From a virus (taxonomy: Duplodnaviria; Heunggongvirae; Uroviricota; Caudoviricetes), in the IMG/VR virus record IMGVR_UViG_3300023174_009216: a DNA stretch of 14,368 nucleotides; one strand, given 5' to 3'. The first letter of the stretch is position 1, and the number at the start of each line of letters is the position of its first letter. The notes under the pieces are model-generated. The model had not been told where the DNA came from and ran no database searches. It saw only the letters and a list, made by a program, of their open reading frames with translations. Shown here one piece after another: positions 1-7,393 of the stretch. Both the position numbers and the translations under genes were made by a program.

Positions 1-300
1 TCATTTTTTCTGTATTATTCTTCTTTCTATTAATTCTATACTATCCCCTATCTCAAAATTTCTATACTGGGTCACATTAAAATCTGTCCCTTCCACGTGA
101 ACCTTCCAGTAAGGTGTTGTTTGTAAAGTGTTATCACTCCCTATAGGATGATACTCCACATTGTCTATTCTATACATAACTTTCTTATCTATGATAGTGT
201 ATTTTTTACTATAGTAGCTACAGAAAAATAAAGATCCGCCCATTGTAAGAATAAATAAAATCAAAGGAAATTTTAAAGATGGGATTTTAGTCTCTTTCAT
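1..300 (-). CDS. Hypothetical protein, 99 aa, N-terminal transmembrane anchor/signal segment
   Basis: ATG at 300, TGA at 1-3; hydrophobic stretch FPLILFILTMGGSLFFCSYY followed by a beta-rich soluble part; no recognised family. Confidence 0.7.
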   Translation of the reverse strand: MKETKIPSLKFPLILFILTMGGSLFFCSYYSKKYTIIDKKVMYRIDNVEYHPIGSDNTLQTTPYWKVHVEGTDFNVTQYRNFEIGDSIELIERRIIQKK

Positions 301-319
301 TTTTTTTAGATTTTTTGTT

Positions 320-327
320 GATATATA
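320..327 (+). promoter_or_regulatory. Candidate phage late promoter GATATATA
   Basis: Recurrent (A/G)ATATATA motif, 14 nt upstream of GTG 342. Confidence 0.65.
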
Positions 328-341
328 ATATAAAATTTAAG

Positions 342-764
342 GTGCTAAACTACAAAGAATTTTTAATCATTAACGAGCAAGCAAACATAGAGGATGGTGA
401 TTCCACCTCTGTTGTTATGGATGCTTATGAAAACGACACGCAAGCTAGATCTAATATCAATGGAGCTATACAAGCTAATGCTAGCTACAATTCCTTATTC
501 ACTGCTATAAAGAACTATTGGACCAAACAAATACCATTGCTAAAGAATAAGTCAGCTGAAGAAATGACAGGAGAAGAATCAAATATGAAAGATACTATCG
601 AGTCAAAGTTCAAAACTGGCGATCCCAAAGAGATAGAAAACTACGCTATGAAAAAGGTATTTAGCGGACACTCCAAAGAACTAATTTACGATAAAGATAA
701 AAGATCTTTAACAATAAAGGGATACACAGAAACAAATTACGACAAGAGCATTAAGAGCAAATAG
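342..764 (+). CDS. Hypothetical protein (140 aa) with T4 capsid-targeting-like N-terminus; possible internal head protein
   Basis: Track start 315 (TTG) overlaps the promoter motif; in-frame GTG 342 gives MLNYKEFLIINE, similar to the T4 CTS MKTYQEFIAE; TAG at 762-764. Confidence 0.7.
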   Translation: MLNYKEFLIINEQANIEDGDSTSVVMDAYENDTQARSNINGAIQANASYNSLFTAIKNYWTKQIPLLKNKSAEEMTGEESNMKDTIESKFKTGDPKEIENYAMKKVFSGHSKELIYDKDKRSLTIKGYTETNYDKSIKSK

Positions 765-766
765 CT

Positions 767-1333
767 TTAAATGATCTCATCTATAATACCATGCTTTAAA
801 GCTTGTTTAGCTGTGAAGAACCAATCCTTTTTTTGCTCATAACACTTATCAAGCTCTGCCTCAGTTAATTTGGTATTTGCTAGTGTATGTGATTCTATAA
901 TCTTTTGTAGTCTCTTAGCTTCAATAACCTCTTCCTCCATATCTTTTAATTTTCCAATAGCTCCAGAGCTAACCTGATGGTACATAAAAGTTGCTTGATC
1001 GTATGCAAATCTTTTGTGTCCAGCTATTGAGATAAGAAATCCGCAGCTCATTGCACATCCGGTAACTATTGTATGAACGGGGGCATTAGACTTGCTAATT
1101 ACACCTAGAAGACCGAGACACTGATAGACATAACCTCCGTAGGAATCTACAAAAATTTCTATAGGACGGGGAGTATACGAAAACCCACTTATCTCTGAAA
1201 GTTTCTTAATATATGAATCATCCTCATTAATCTCCAAAATAGATTTGGTTAATGCGTTCATACTAGTTTGATCTACTTGCTGTGCCAGATATAAAATTCT
1301 TTCTTTTGGAACAGGGATCGGTAAATTAGGCAT
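767..1333 (-). CDS. clpP: ATP-dependent Clp protease proteolytic subunit (ClpP-like, peptidase S14)
   Basis: KERILYL, IFVDSYGG (NSPGG equivalent), AMSCG (Ser107), FMYHQ (His130), KDWFFTAKQALKHGIIDEI (Asp181), numbering on the 199-aa track ORF. Start is either ATG 1333 (MPNLP..., AT-rich leader) or GTG 1366. Confidence 0.93.
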   Translation of the reverse strand: MPNLPIPVPKERILYLAQQVDQTSMNALTKSILEINEDDSYIKKLSEISGFSYTPRPIEIFVDSYGGYVYQCLGLLGVISKSNAPVHTIVTGCAMSCGFLISIAGHKRFAYDQATFMYHQVSSGAIGKLKDMEEEVIEAKRLQKIIESHTLANTKLTEAELDKCYEQKKDWFFTAKQALKHGIIDEII

Positions 1334-1375
1334 ATAAATATTTTGGTTTTTATAGACTATTTCCACATAAGTGTT

Positions 1376-2998
1376 TCAGAGTGTAAACGTTATAACCCTG
1401 TCATAAGCAGTAGCAGTGTACGTTCCTGGAGTTAATGTGGATACACTTATAGCTCTTAATGCTCCACCAGCAAAAGCCTTTGCTGTTATTAAAACTCCTA
1501 ATGAATTTCTGATATAAAGAGTACCTGAAGCATTACTGTTTATATAAATACTTTTATTTGATGTATTATAATAGAAAGATGATATACGAATTGAATCATA
1601 AAGTGCTACATTTATAGGTTTAGTACATCCGTTAAAATCCTTTATCAGTATAGTATAATTGCCAGGAGATAAATTTTTGAATGTGTCTATTGGCTGAAAT
1701 GGCCCATTATTTAAACTACATGTGTATGGTGGTGTTCCTCCTGAAACATTAGGATATATGTAATTCCCCACTGATACCAGATTTGGAGCGGAGCAATCAC
1801 CAAGTGTTACTGCTTGTGATTTTGAACTACCTAATTGTCCGCATGGGGTTTCTCCTCTTACTGTTACTGCTCCTCCTGTATATCCCACGCCAAAGAGCAC
1901 TGTAATAAATGAGCTATCATAATATGCACTAACTATAGATGTGTTTCTAGGAATTGTCCAATGATACATCGAAGTCCTATGTTGTGACGAAGTAGGCTCA
2001 GGTGAAGCTGCAACGAATGTTATATAGTAACCCACACATGGATTATAATATCCAGGACCAGACACAATTGCAATTGGCGTCGGTGGTAATCTTTGTGTGG
2101 TTAAAGCTAAAGTACGGGGTAAACTCACAGAACAGGCATTTACGCTTCTTACAGAAAGAGTATCTTTTACAAAATCTGCGCTAAAATAAAGTCTGATCGC
2201 CGTGTCGTTTGAACCTAAGATTTTTCTTATTGTTCCTGTGGTTGTTGTTATGGACCAAATATAAGATGTTGCATAAGGAACATTTCTTATCATAAATGTG
2301 TCGTATATGACATCACAAACATCGGATGTTGCTACAACGCTAGGAGAGAATGACTTCTGAATTACACCCGGCGTGGAAGCAATCCTTTTGTATATTGTAA
2401 GGGATCTAGCTGACCCTATTGAATTATTATAGCATGCATTGATTGCAGAAACTTTTATAGGCAATGTTCCTGTAAATGAGGAGCTATATTTAACTCTAAT
2501 AAATGTATCAGAATTATTTCCTATTATAGAAGCTCCGCTTGGAACTGTCCATAGATATGATGTTGTATTAGTTGATCTTGTCGTTTTATAAATAAGTGTA
2601 TCGGAAGGAATATAAAGACAAGCATCTGTTGCTCCTGAAATTGTTCCTGGTATTCCTGGTAATGTGGTACTTGATACGACACTCACCACAGAGCTTCCGT
2701 TCATCAATGAGGATTCATTCAATGTGTTTGTTGCCTTAATTGTATAAGTGCCTGCTACAGTCTGATTAGGAAATACTATCTGGCTACCCGTTCCCACTAT
2801 AGGTGTTCCCATAATGATTGTGCCACTTCTAAGCAATTGATATGAAACTCCCGATTGAGATCCTGATAATCCTATTTGAATTCCAGATCCTGTTGCTGAG
2901 CAGTAATATCCACCTCCTGTTATATTATATAGGGTTGGAGGGATTGAAAATGATTTAATAGAAATGGACAATAAGATGAACAATAGAATTTTATACAT
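1376..2998 (-). CDS. Secreted Bacteroidota-type adhesin-like protein: signal peptide, Ig-like domain, 3 PKD-like domains, SprB-like repeat, putative T9SS type-A sorting domain
   Basis: Signal MYKILLFILLSISIKSFS; Ig-like GLSGSQSGVSYQL...GTGSQIVF...AGTYTIKA; three repeats P-x-x-I..C..Y-x-W..N/T-A/P-C; SprB-like VSGGTPPYTCSLNNGPFQ..FKNLSPGNYTILIKDFNGC; C-terminal IRNSLGVLI..ISVSTLTPGTYTA. Confidence 0.8.
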   Translation of the reverse strand: MYKILLFILLSISIKSFSIPPTLYNITGGGYYCSATGSGIQIGLSGSQSGVSYQLLRSGTIIMGTPIVGTGSQIVFPNQTVAGTYTIKATNTLNESSLMNGSSVVSVVSSTTLPGIPGTISGATDACLYIPSDTLIYKTTRSTNTTSYLWTVPSGASIIGNNSDTFIRVKYSSSFTGTLPIKVSAINACYNNSIGSARSLTIYKRIASTPGVIQKSFSPSVVATSDVCDVIYDTFMIRNVPYATSYIWSITTTTGTIRKILGSNDTAIRLYFSADFVKDTLSVRSVNACSVSLPRTLALTTQRLPPTPIAIVSGPGYYNPCVGYYITFVAASPEPTSSQHRTSMYHWTIPRNTSIVSAYYDSSFITVLFGVGYTGGAVTVRGETPCGQLGSSKSQAVTLGDCSAPNLVSVGNYIYPNVSGGTPPYTCSLNNGPFQPIDTFKNLSPGNYTILIKDFNGCTKPINVALYDSIRISSFYYNTSNKSIYINSNASGTLYIRNSLGVLITAKAFAGGALRAISVSTLTPGTYTATAYDRVITFTL

Positions 2999-3017
2999 AT
3001 TTATTTTTATATAAATC

Positions 3018-3025
3018 TATATATT
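3018..3025 (-). promoter_or_regulatory. Candidate phage late promoter AATATATA
   Basis: Motif on the minus strand 19 nt upstream of ATG 2998; would drive adhesin-like gene then clpP. Confidence 0.6.
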
Positions 3026-3068
3026 AATTCTTTCTGTAACTTTTTAGTATTGAAAAAGTATAATATGA

Positions 3069-4103
3069 ATGAACTCAGAGATTGCAAAAGCACTCATTCT
3101 CACCAAGTTATCGAGGATGAAAAGAATGGACGTAGAAAAGAAGGTGTTTGAAATACTACAGGAAAATCCAGATACAGGTAAAGAATTTATTGATGAGTGT
3201 CTTGATCAATATGAAATTCAAAATCCATCTTTATTAGTAAAGGATCTTAATGATATTATTTCTAGAGACACATCTATGGGAATACTATTTCAGGATCTTC
3301 TTGCTGTTACATCAGATAAGATCGGAATGGGGGAAGTACTTCTTTCCCTTTGTATAAAAGATGCTGTCTCTGGCGGAACGGAAGACACCGATATTATACT
3401 CCCAGAGCAAAAGGCCTATGAAGTTAAGAAAATTTCTAAGGGCGGTATTTTTAATTTTTCAGAAAGGTTTACTGAATACAATGATCTAGGATTGATCATG
3501 AATATTGCCATTATGAACTTTGGACCTTTTGAGATATTCCACGGAAAAAATCTTTATACAGTTAGCACCAAAGAGATTAGAACATTTAAAATGCTGATTG
3601 AAAAATTTCTTCTTCCCAACGAAGATGACATTATACCTTTCTATAAGGATCAGTTTGTAGTTAAGATAGATGGCAAGATAAAGATGATTAATGAGGACAG
3701 ATTGGAAAAACCAAATAAGAGAGATAAGGATCTAGAAGCTTATTGTTCAATGTTTAATTTCAAAGAACAAATTTTTAATTCTAAGATTAAGGAAGACACA
3801 ATGAATCTTTTTAGAAAAGGATGTAAAGGAAAGGATTGTACACATAAGATGATTAACAATCTTTTTTCTGTGACTGCACTAAAGCAGATACTTAAAAATA
3901 TAGAAGGTGTGTTTCTAGTTATGCCTGATCTTACCTTTTCATATCTTACTCCACACGGAACACATGATTCACTTTATAACCCGGAGGATGTTTTTTTGTA
4001 TAGCATATCTAGAAATAAAATGAATTTTAAAGGGCCATTTCTTAAATCTTCAAGGGAGGAAAAAACACCAGGAGAATTACCTGATGAATTTAAAAGATTA
4101 TGA
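3069..4103 (+). CDS. Putative PD-(D/E)xK (restriction-endonuclease-fold) nuclease
   Basis: GMGE89..SGGTEDTD108..YE118VK120 has the E..D..ExK spacing of the PD-(D/E)xK core; 344 aa. Confidence 0.6.
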   Translation: MNSEIAKALILTKLSRMKRMDVEKKVFEILQENPDTGKEFIDECLDQYEIQNPSLLVKDLNDIISRDTSMGILFQDLLAVTSDKIGMGEVLLSLCIKDAVSGGTEDTDIILPEQKAYEVKKISKGGIFNFSERFTEYNDLGLIMNIAIMNFGPFEIFHGKNLYTVSTKEIRTFKMLIEKFLLPNEDDIIPFYKDQFVVKIDGKIKMINEDRLEKPNKRDKDLEAYCSMFNFKEQIFNSKIKEDTMNLFRKGCKGKDCTHKMINNLFSVTALKQILKNIEGVFLVMPDLTFSYLTPHGTHDSLYNPEDVFLYSISRNKMNFKGPFLKSSREEKTPGELPDEFKRL

Positions 4104-4262
4104 TTTGATTTTACATTCTGGCCTACCCTCTATCCATTTATAATTTATCATGTAATTAGCTATATAGCTACCAAATTTGTTCATAACTAATTTACGCTGA
4201 ATACCGCAATGCACACAGAAGTTATTAGTGTCCCACTTGTGCTTCTTTTTTACCTTATCCAT
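4098..4262 (-). CDS. Small putative zinc-finger protein, 54 aa (not in ORF track)
   Basis: Manual translation MDKVKKKHKWDTNNFCVHCGIQRKLVMNKFGSYIANYMINYKWIEGRPECKIKS*; starts 3 nt after the stop of 4266..4451 and fills the gap; H8, C16, C19, C50. Confidence 0.75.
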   Translation of the reverse strand: MDKVKKKHKWDTNNFCVHCGIQRKLVMNKFGSYIANYMINYKWIEGRPECKIKS

Positions 4263-4265
4263 ATT

Positions 4266-4451
4266 TTATTTTTTTGAAAGATGAATTATTGTTTCATTAA
4301 TTTCACTAGTCTTTGCATAGAACACAGTCTCTTCTCTCTCGGATAATTCTAGACCTTTCATTATCTTTATAGAGATAGAATATATTATTCTGTCTGGTAT
4401 CTTACCTGTGTCTATAAATTTTTTGTATGCCTTATCTCCTATTAGGCTCAT
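4266..4451 (-). CDS. Hypothetical protein, 61 aa
   Basis: Start overlaps the upstream stop (ATGA coupling at 4448-4451); part of a tightly packed minus-strand cluster. Confidence 0.75.
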   Translation of the reverse strand: MSLIGDKAYKKFIDTGKIPDRIIYSISIKIMKGLELSEREETVFYAKTSEINETIIHLSKK

Positions 4452-4657
4452 TTTTTACAATGTTTGCAATTACCTTTGTGAACTAATACTGTAGCTCTTT
4501 CCCAATCTCCATATAAATATTGACAACTGTCAATGATTATTATTTCTAATGGATCAAGATGACCTTTTATAATATATGTATTGTCTTTTGTCTTTACATT
4601 AGATGGTTCTGAACATCCAACTATGGTTAATAAACCAATGAATAATACTTTTTTCAT
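4448..4657 (-). CDS. Small putative lipoprotein, 69 aa
   Basis: MKK + hydrophobic core + lipobox-like IVG-C15; C-terminal DSCQY...HKGNCKHC motif. Confidence 0.75.
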   Translation of the reverse strand: MKKVLFIGLLTIVGCSEPSNVKTKDNTYIIKGHLDPLEIIIIDSCQYLYGDWERATVLVHKGNCKHCKK

Positions 4658-4659
4658 AA

Positions 4660-4848
4660 TTAATCTTTTTTATCTTTTTCTTCTTGTTCTTCTATTCCTT
4701 TCCCTATATCATATAATGTGATGAGCACAAAAATTATATAGGACACAACAATTATTATATTCCAGGTGGTATCGTGATTGATTGAATTATTATAAATACA
4801 ACAATATGTTAAAAATGTCATTACCCAGAAGAAAATTTTTTTATTCAT
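4660..4848 (-). CDS. Small membrane protein, 62 aa, two predicted TM helices
   Basis: Hydrophobic IFFWVMTFLTYCCIY and WNIIIVVSYIIFVLITLY; charged C-terminal tail. Confidence 0.7.
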   Translation of the reverse strand: MNKKIFFWVMTFLTYCCIYNNSINHDTTWNIIIVVSYIIFVLITLYDIGKGIEEQEEKDKKD

Positions 4849-4851
4849 GCT

Positions 4852-5250
4852 TTATATGTTTTTAAAAAACCCTCTGTACTCTAAAATATTTTCTACTGCT
4901 TCCCAATCAACAAAGGGTCTATCCGAAAGCTGCTCGTCAAAAACTAAGGGACATCCTAATGCTGCATCGTCTATGATGATCTGTCCATAGGCTTTAGGTG
5001 AATCTGTCCACATATGTTGTTCTGGGTTTTTCTGCACACCGTATAACACTATCTTTCTTTCATAAAACCATTCGAGTGCATAATCCAAGAATGGCGGTTC
5101 ATTCTCTCTGTTGCTTCTCATTGTGAAAAGTATAATTCTATGTCCGTTCTCTATTAATCTCTGTAAAACAGGTTCAGCTCCTATATCCTTTCCTGTTAGA
5201 GGGTAGTCATGCGTGACACAGGTTCCGTCAAAATCTAATACTATATCCAT
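4852..5250 (-). CDS. HAD-superfamily hydrolase (BT0820-like phosphatase)
   Basis: Motif I DFDGT, motif II LFTMRS, motif III K (SPKAY), motif IV IIDD; cap-less size of 132 aa. Confidence 0.85.
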   Translation of the reverse strand: MDIVLDFDGTCVTHDYPLTGKDIGAEPVLQRLIENGHRIILFTMRSNRENEPPFLDYALEWFYERKIVLYGVQKNPEQHMWTDSPKAYGQIIIDDAALGCPLVFDEQLSDRPFVDWEAVENILEYRGFFKNI

Positions 5251-5258
5251 GGGGTTAG

Positions 5259-5420
5259 TTATTTCTTTTTTAAGTCTATAAATCCTTTTAATGCTTTGAT
5301 TATCATCTCTACTGTTAAAGGATCTTCATCCGGCCTAGTGTGGAATTGATCTATAGTGTCATTCAGAAACCACTCCAATTCTTCTATGGTAAAATCTTTA
5401 TTATCTTTATTTATATCCAC
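5259..5420 (-). CDS. Hypothetical acidic protein, 53 aa (true start likely GTG 5420)
   Basis: The 239-aa track ORF runs antisense through two real plus-strand genes; only the 3' part MDINKDNKDFTIEELEWFLNDTIDQF...KKK looks protein-like; TAnnTTTG element lies 16 nt upstream. Confidence 0.65.
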   Translation of the reverse strand: MDINKDNKDFTIEELEWFLNDTIDQFHTRPDEDPLTVEMIIKALKGFIDLKKK

Positions 5421-5436
5421 TTCTATTATTTTATTA

Positions 5437-5444
5437 CAAATATA
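5437..5444 (-). promoter_or_regulatory. Bacteroidota housekeeping-sigma -7 element (TATATTTG = TAnnTTTG)
   Basis: Exact match to TAnnTTTG at the head of the 5420->4098 small-gene cluster; -33 TTTG not matched (T-rich only). Confidence 0.5.
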
Positions 5445-5472
5445 AAGAGTAGTAGTGAAAAATAAAAATGTA

Positions 5473-5480
5473 AATATATA
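5473..5480 (+). promoter_or_regulatory. Candidate phage late promoter AATATATA
   Basis: 5 nt upstream of ATG 5486. Confidence 0.6.
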
Positions 5481-5485
5481 GTCTA

Positions 5486-5671
5486 ATGAATCACCTAGAA
5501 AAATACGAAGACTTTTCATATCACTCCGAATTAACAGAGGAAGGAATGGATCTAAAGAAGAAGAGGGAAGACGAGGAAAGATTATTGGGAATGAATAAAT
5601 GTTATAAATGCAAATCTCAAAAAAAGCCAATGTATATGCCATCTCTGAGAAGAATTGAGCGATTAATCTGA
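5486..5671 (+). CDS. Small protein, 61 aa, CTS-like N-terminus and a CxxC
   Basis: MNHLEKYEDF N-terminus; promoter motif directly upstream; CYKC at the start of the C-terminal part. Confidence 0.7.
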   Translation: MNHLEKYEDFSYHSELTEEGMDLKKKREDEERLLGMNKCYKCKSQKKPMYMPSLRRIERLI

Positions 5672-5690
5672 TTTTTTTAAATCTATGATT

Positions 5691-5698
5691 GATATATA
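5691..5698 (+). promoter_or_regulatory. Candidate phage late promoter GATATATA
   Basis: 20 nt upstream of the endolysin ATG 5719. Confidence 0.65.
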
Positions 5699-5718
5699 AA
5701 AAAATAAATATTAATCGT

Positions 5719-6546
5719 ATGTTATTAAAAAATGGGTCAAAAGGCGATGACGTTAAAAAACTACAAGAAAAATTAGGGCTAACCGCTGATGGCGTATTTG
5801 GTCCAGGCACAGAGGCTAAGGTAAAAGCTTGGCAAGCTGCCAATGGCCTAACTGCTGATGGTATAGTTGGCGATGGTACTTGGGGAAAAATGTTTGCAAG
5901 CACCCCTGTAAATCCACAGATCACAGATTCTGTTACATCAGGATCGCCTTTCAAATTAGAAAAGCTTAAAGGACACATTCCAGATTCAGTTATTGCACAG
6001 ATTCCTGATACTGCTTCTAAGTTTGGTATTACAACTCCTTTGAGATTAACCCACCTATTAGCTCAGGCATCTCATGAATCCGGTCATTTTAAGACAACTA
6101 GTGAAAATTTAAATTATTCAGCAGATGGTCTTAAAAAGATATTTCCTAAGTATTTCCCCGGAAATCTAAACGAGTCTTATGCAAGAAATCCACAGAAAAT
6201 TGCAAATAAGGTTTATTCTTCTAGAATGGGAAACGGCGATGAGACTTCGGGAGATGGATGGAAATACAAAGGACGTGGGTATTTACAAACTACGGGAAAG
6301 TCGAATTATTCAGATTTTGATAAAATAGTAGAAGAAAATATTTTAGAAAATCCTGAACTGTTAGAAACTAAATATGCTTTAGCATCCGCAGCTTTCTTTT
6401 TTCAGAAAAACGGGCTTTGGGCAATATGCGATAAAGGTGCAACAGATTCGGTTGTTACCGAAGTTAGTAAAAGAGTTAACGGGGGTACAATAGGATTAAG
6501 TGAAAGATTAAAAGAATTTGCTCATTTTTACGATTTGCTTAAGTAG
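5719..6546 (+). CDS. Modular endolysin: peptidoglycan-binding domain + glycoside hydrolase family 19
   Basis: LKNGSKGDDVKKLQEKLGLTADGVFGPGT..ADGIVGDGTW (PG_binding_1); HLLAQASHESG, ENLNYSA, YKGRGYLQTTGKSNY, VSKRVNGGTIGLSER (GH19). Start corrected from TTG 5689 to ATG 5719. Confidence 0.93.
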   Translation: MLLKNGSKGDDVKKLQEKLGLTADGVFGPGTEAKVKAWQAANGLTADGIVGDGTWGKMFASTPVNPQITDSVTSGSPFKLEKLKGHIPDSVIAQIPDTASKFGITTPLRLTHLLAQASHESGHFKTTSENLNYSADGLKKIFPKYFPGNLNESYARNPQKIANKVYSSRMGNGDETSGDGWKYKGRGYLQTTGKSNYSDFDKIVEENILENPELLETKYALASAAFFFQKNGLWAICDKGATDSVVTEVSKRVNGGTIGLSERLKEFAHFYDLLK

Positions 6547-6560
6547 TATTGGGAAGGAGC

Positions 6561-6592
6561 GAGGTAAATTTATTTAATTTGCCTCACTTTTT
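6561..6592 (+). terminator. Probable intrinsic terminator of the endolysin gene
   Basis: Stem GAGGTAAATT/AATTTGCCTC (10 bp with one G-U), loop TATTT, followed by ACTTTTT. Confidence 0.55.
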
Positions 6593-7389
6593 CTTATGAG
6601 TATTCTATTTTTTACTCTTCTGTTATTTTTTATTCCATTTCCAATTGCTGAGCTAGTAACTCCCAAACAAGAAGCAGCATCTGATATACATTCCCATTCA
6701 TTTATAACATTACCTTCAATATCTAATTCAATAATAGGTTTAAGCTGATTCTTTGATATTCCTCTTCTAACACTTTTTATTCTTTGCCCCTTATATTCAT
6801 AAAACCAAACGTATCCGCCTCCTGTTTGGTTCTCTCCTCTTAAACATTTTCCTATTATCTTCTCTGAACTAAATTTTAATTTTTCTGTTGCATATCTTAT
6901 TGATTTATACTCATCTATAAAATCACCGCTTTCTGCATTATATTGATATATTTTCTTCTTATTAAACCCATCGTGTGTTCTTCCTTTCCATGGGTTAAAG
7001 TTTAGCATTCTTTGACGTGCTATTTCAGCACATTTATTGTATGTTCCATTCTCCGTTCTTTTTTTAACCCCCGAAAAAATGGATTCTTGTGACATTTCAA
7101 ATGTTTTTTCTCCGCCTGTAGTCATATTAGCCAATGGACCTGTACCTAAATCCATCCTTCCATACTTTGAAATAAGTTCTATTTCTTTATTACAGACATC
7201 CCCCCTAGAATCAGATTCAAACACTATTTTAAAATCGAATCCATACTTATTGTTAATATTTTTCCAGTGTGGATTTCTTTTGATTTTACTCTTTGCTCTA
7301 GAATATTGTTGCTTACCAATATTATTTCCTATGCCTACATAAAATACTTCTTCAGTTCCTTTCTTATAATGCTCATATACGTAATACAT
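6574..7389 (-). CDS. Free-standing homing endonuclease: GIY-YIG-like catalytic domain + two NUMOD1 helix-turn-helix repeats
   Basis: YYVYEH..FYVGIG..R..E..LISKYG..LANMTTGGE (GIY-YIG-like); KIYQYNAESGDFIDEYKSIRYA..GYVWFY and PIIELDIEGNVINEWECISDAA (NUMOD1); antisense to both neighbours. Confidence 0.85.
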   Translation of the reverse strand: MYYVYEHYKKGTEEVFYVGIGNNIGKQQYSRAKSKIKRNPHWKNINNKYGFDFKIVFESDSRGDVCNKEIELISKYGRMDLGTGPLANMTTGGEKTFEMSQESIFSGVKKRTENGTYNKCAEIARQRMLNFNPWKGRTHDGFNKKKIYQYNAESGDFIDEYKSIRYATEKLKFSSEKIIGKCLRGENQTGGGYVWFYEYKGQRIKSVRRGISKNQLKPIIELDIEGNVINEWECISDAASCLGVTSSAIGNGIKNNRRVKNRILIRKSEAN

Positions 7390-7393
7390 ACTG

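Noticed and set aside
1333-1550. Exact T4 late consensus TATAAATA at 1333-1340 and 1543-1550 (+)
   Set aside because: Oriented opposite to the local minus-strand genes with no plus-strand gene downstream; likely chance in AT-rich DNA
2002-2184. 60-aa plus-strand ORF
   Set aside because: Antisense shadow inside the adhesin-like gene; no motif or promoter
3037-3064. Possible promoter for 3069 (TAGTATTG, TTGAAA..TATAAT)
   Set aside because: Mismatch to TAnnTTTG, and the sigma70-like hexamers are only 3 nt apart
4157-4170. 14-bp perfect palindrome TAGCTATATAGCTA
   Set aside because: Inside the small zinc-finger CDS, single copy, no supporting context
5421-5978. N-terminal 186 aa of the 239-aa minus ORF
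   Set aside because: Antisense to 5486..5671 and the endolysin and crosses two promoters; only 5259..5420 kept
7037-7342. 101-aa plus-strand ORF
   Set aside because: Antisense shadow of the homing endonuclease
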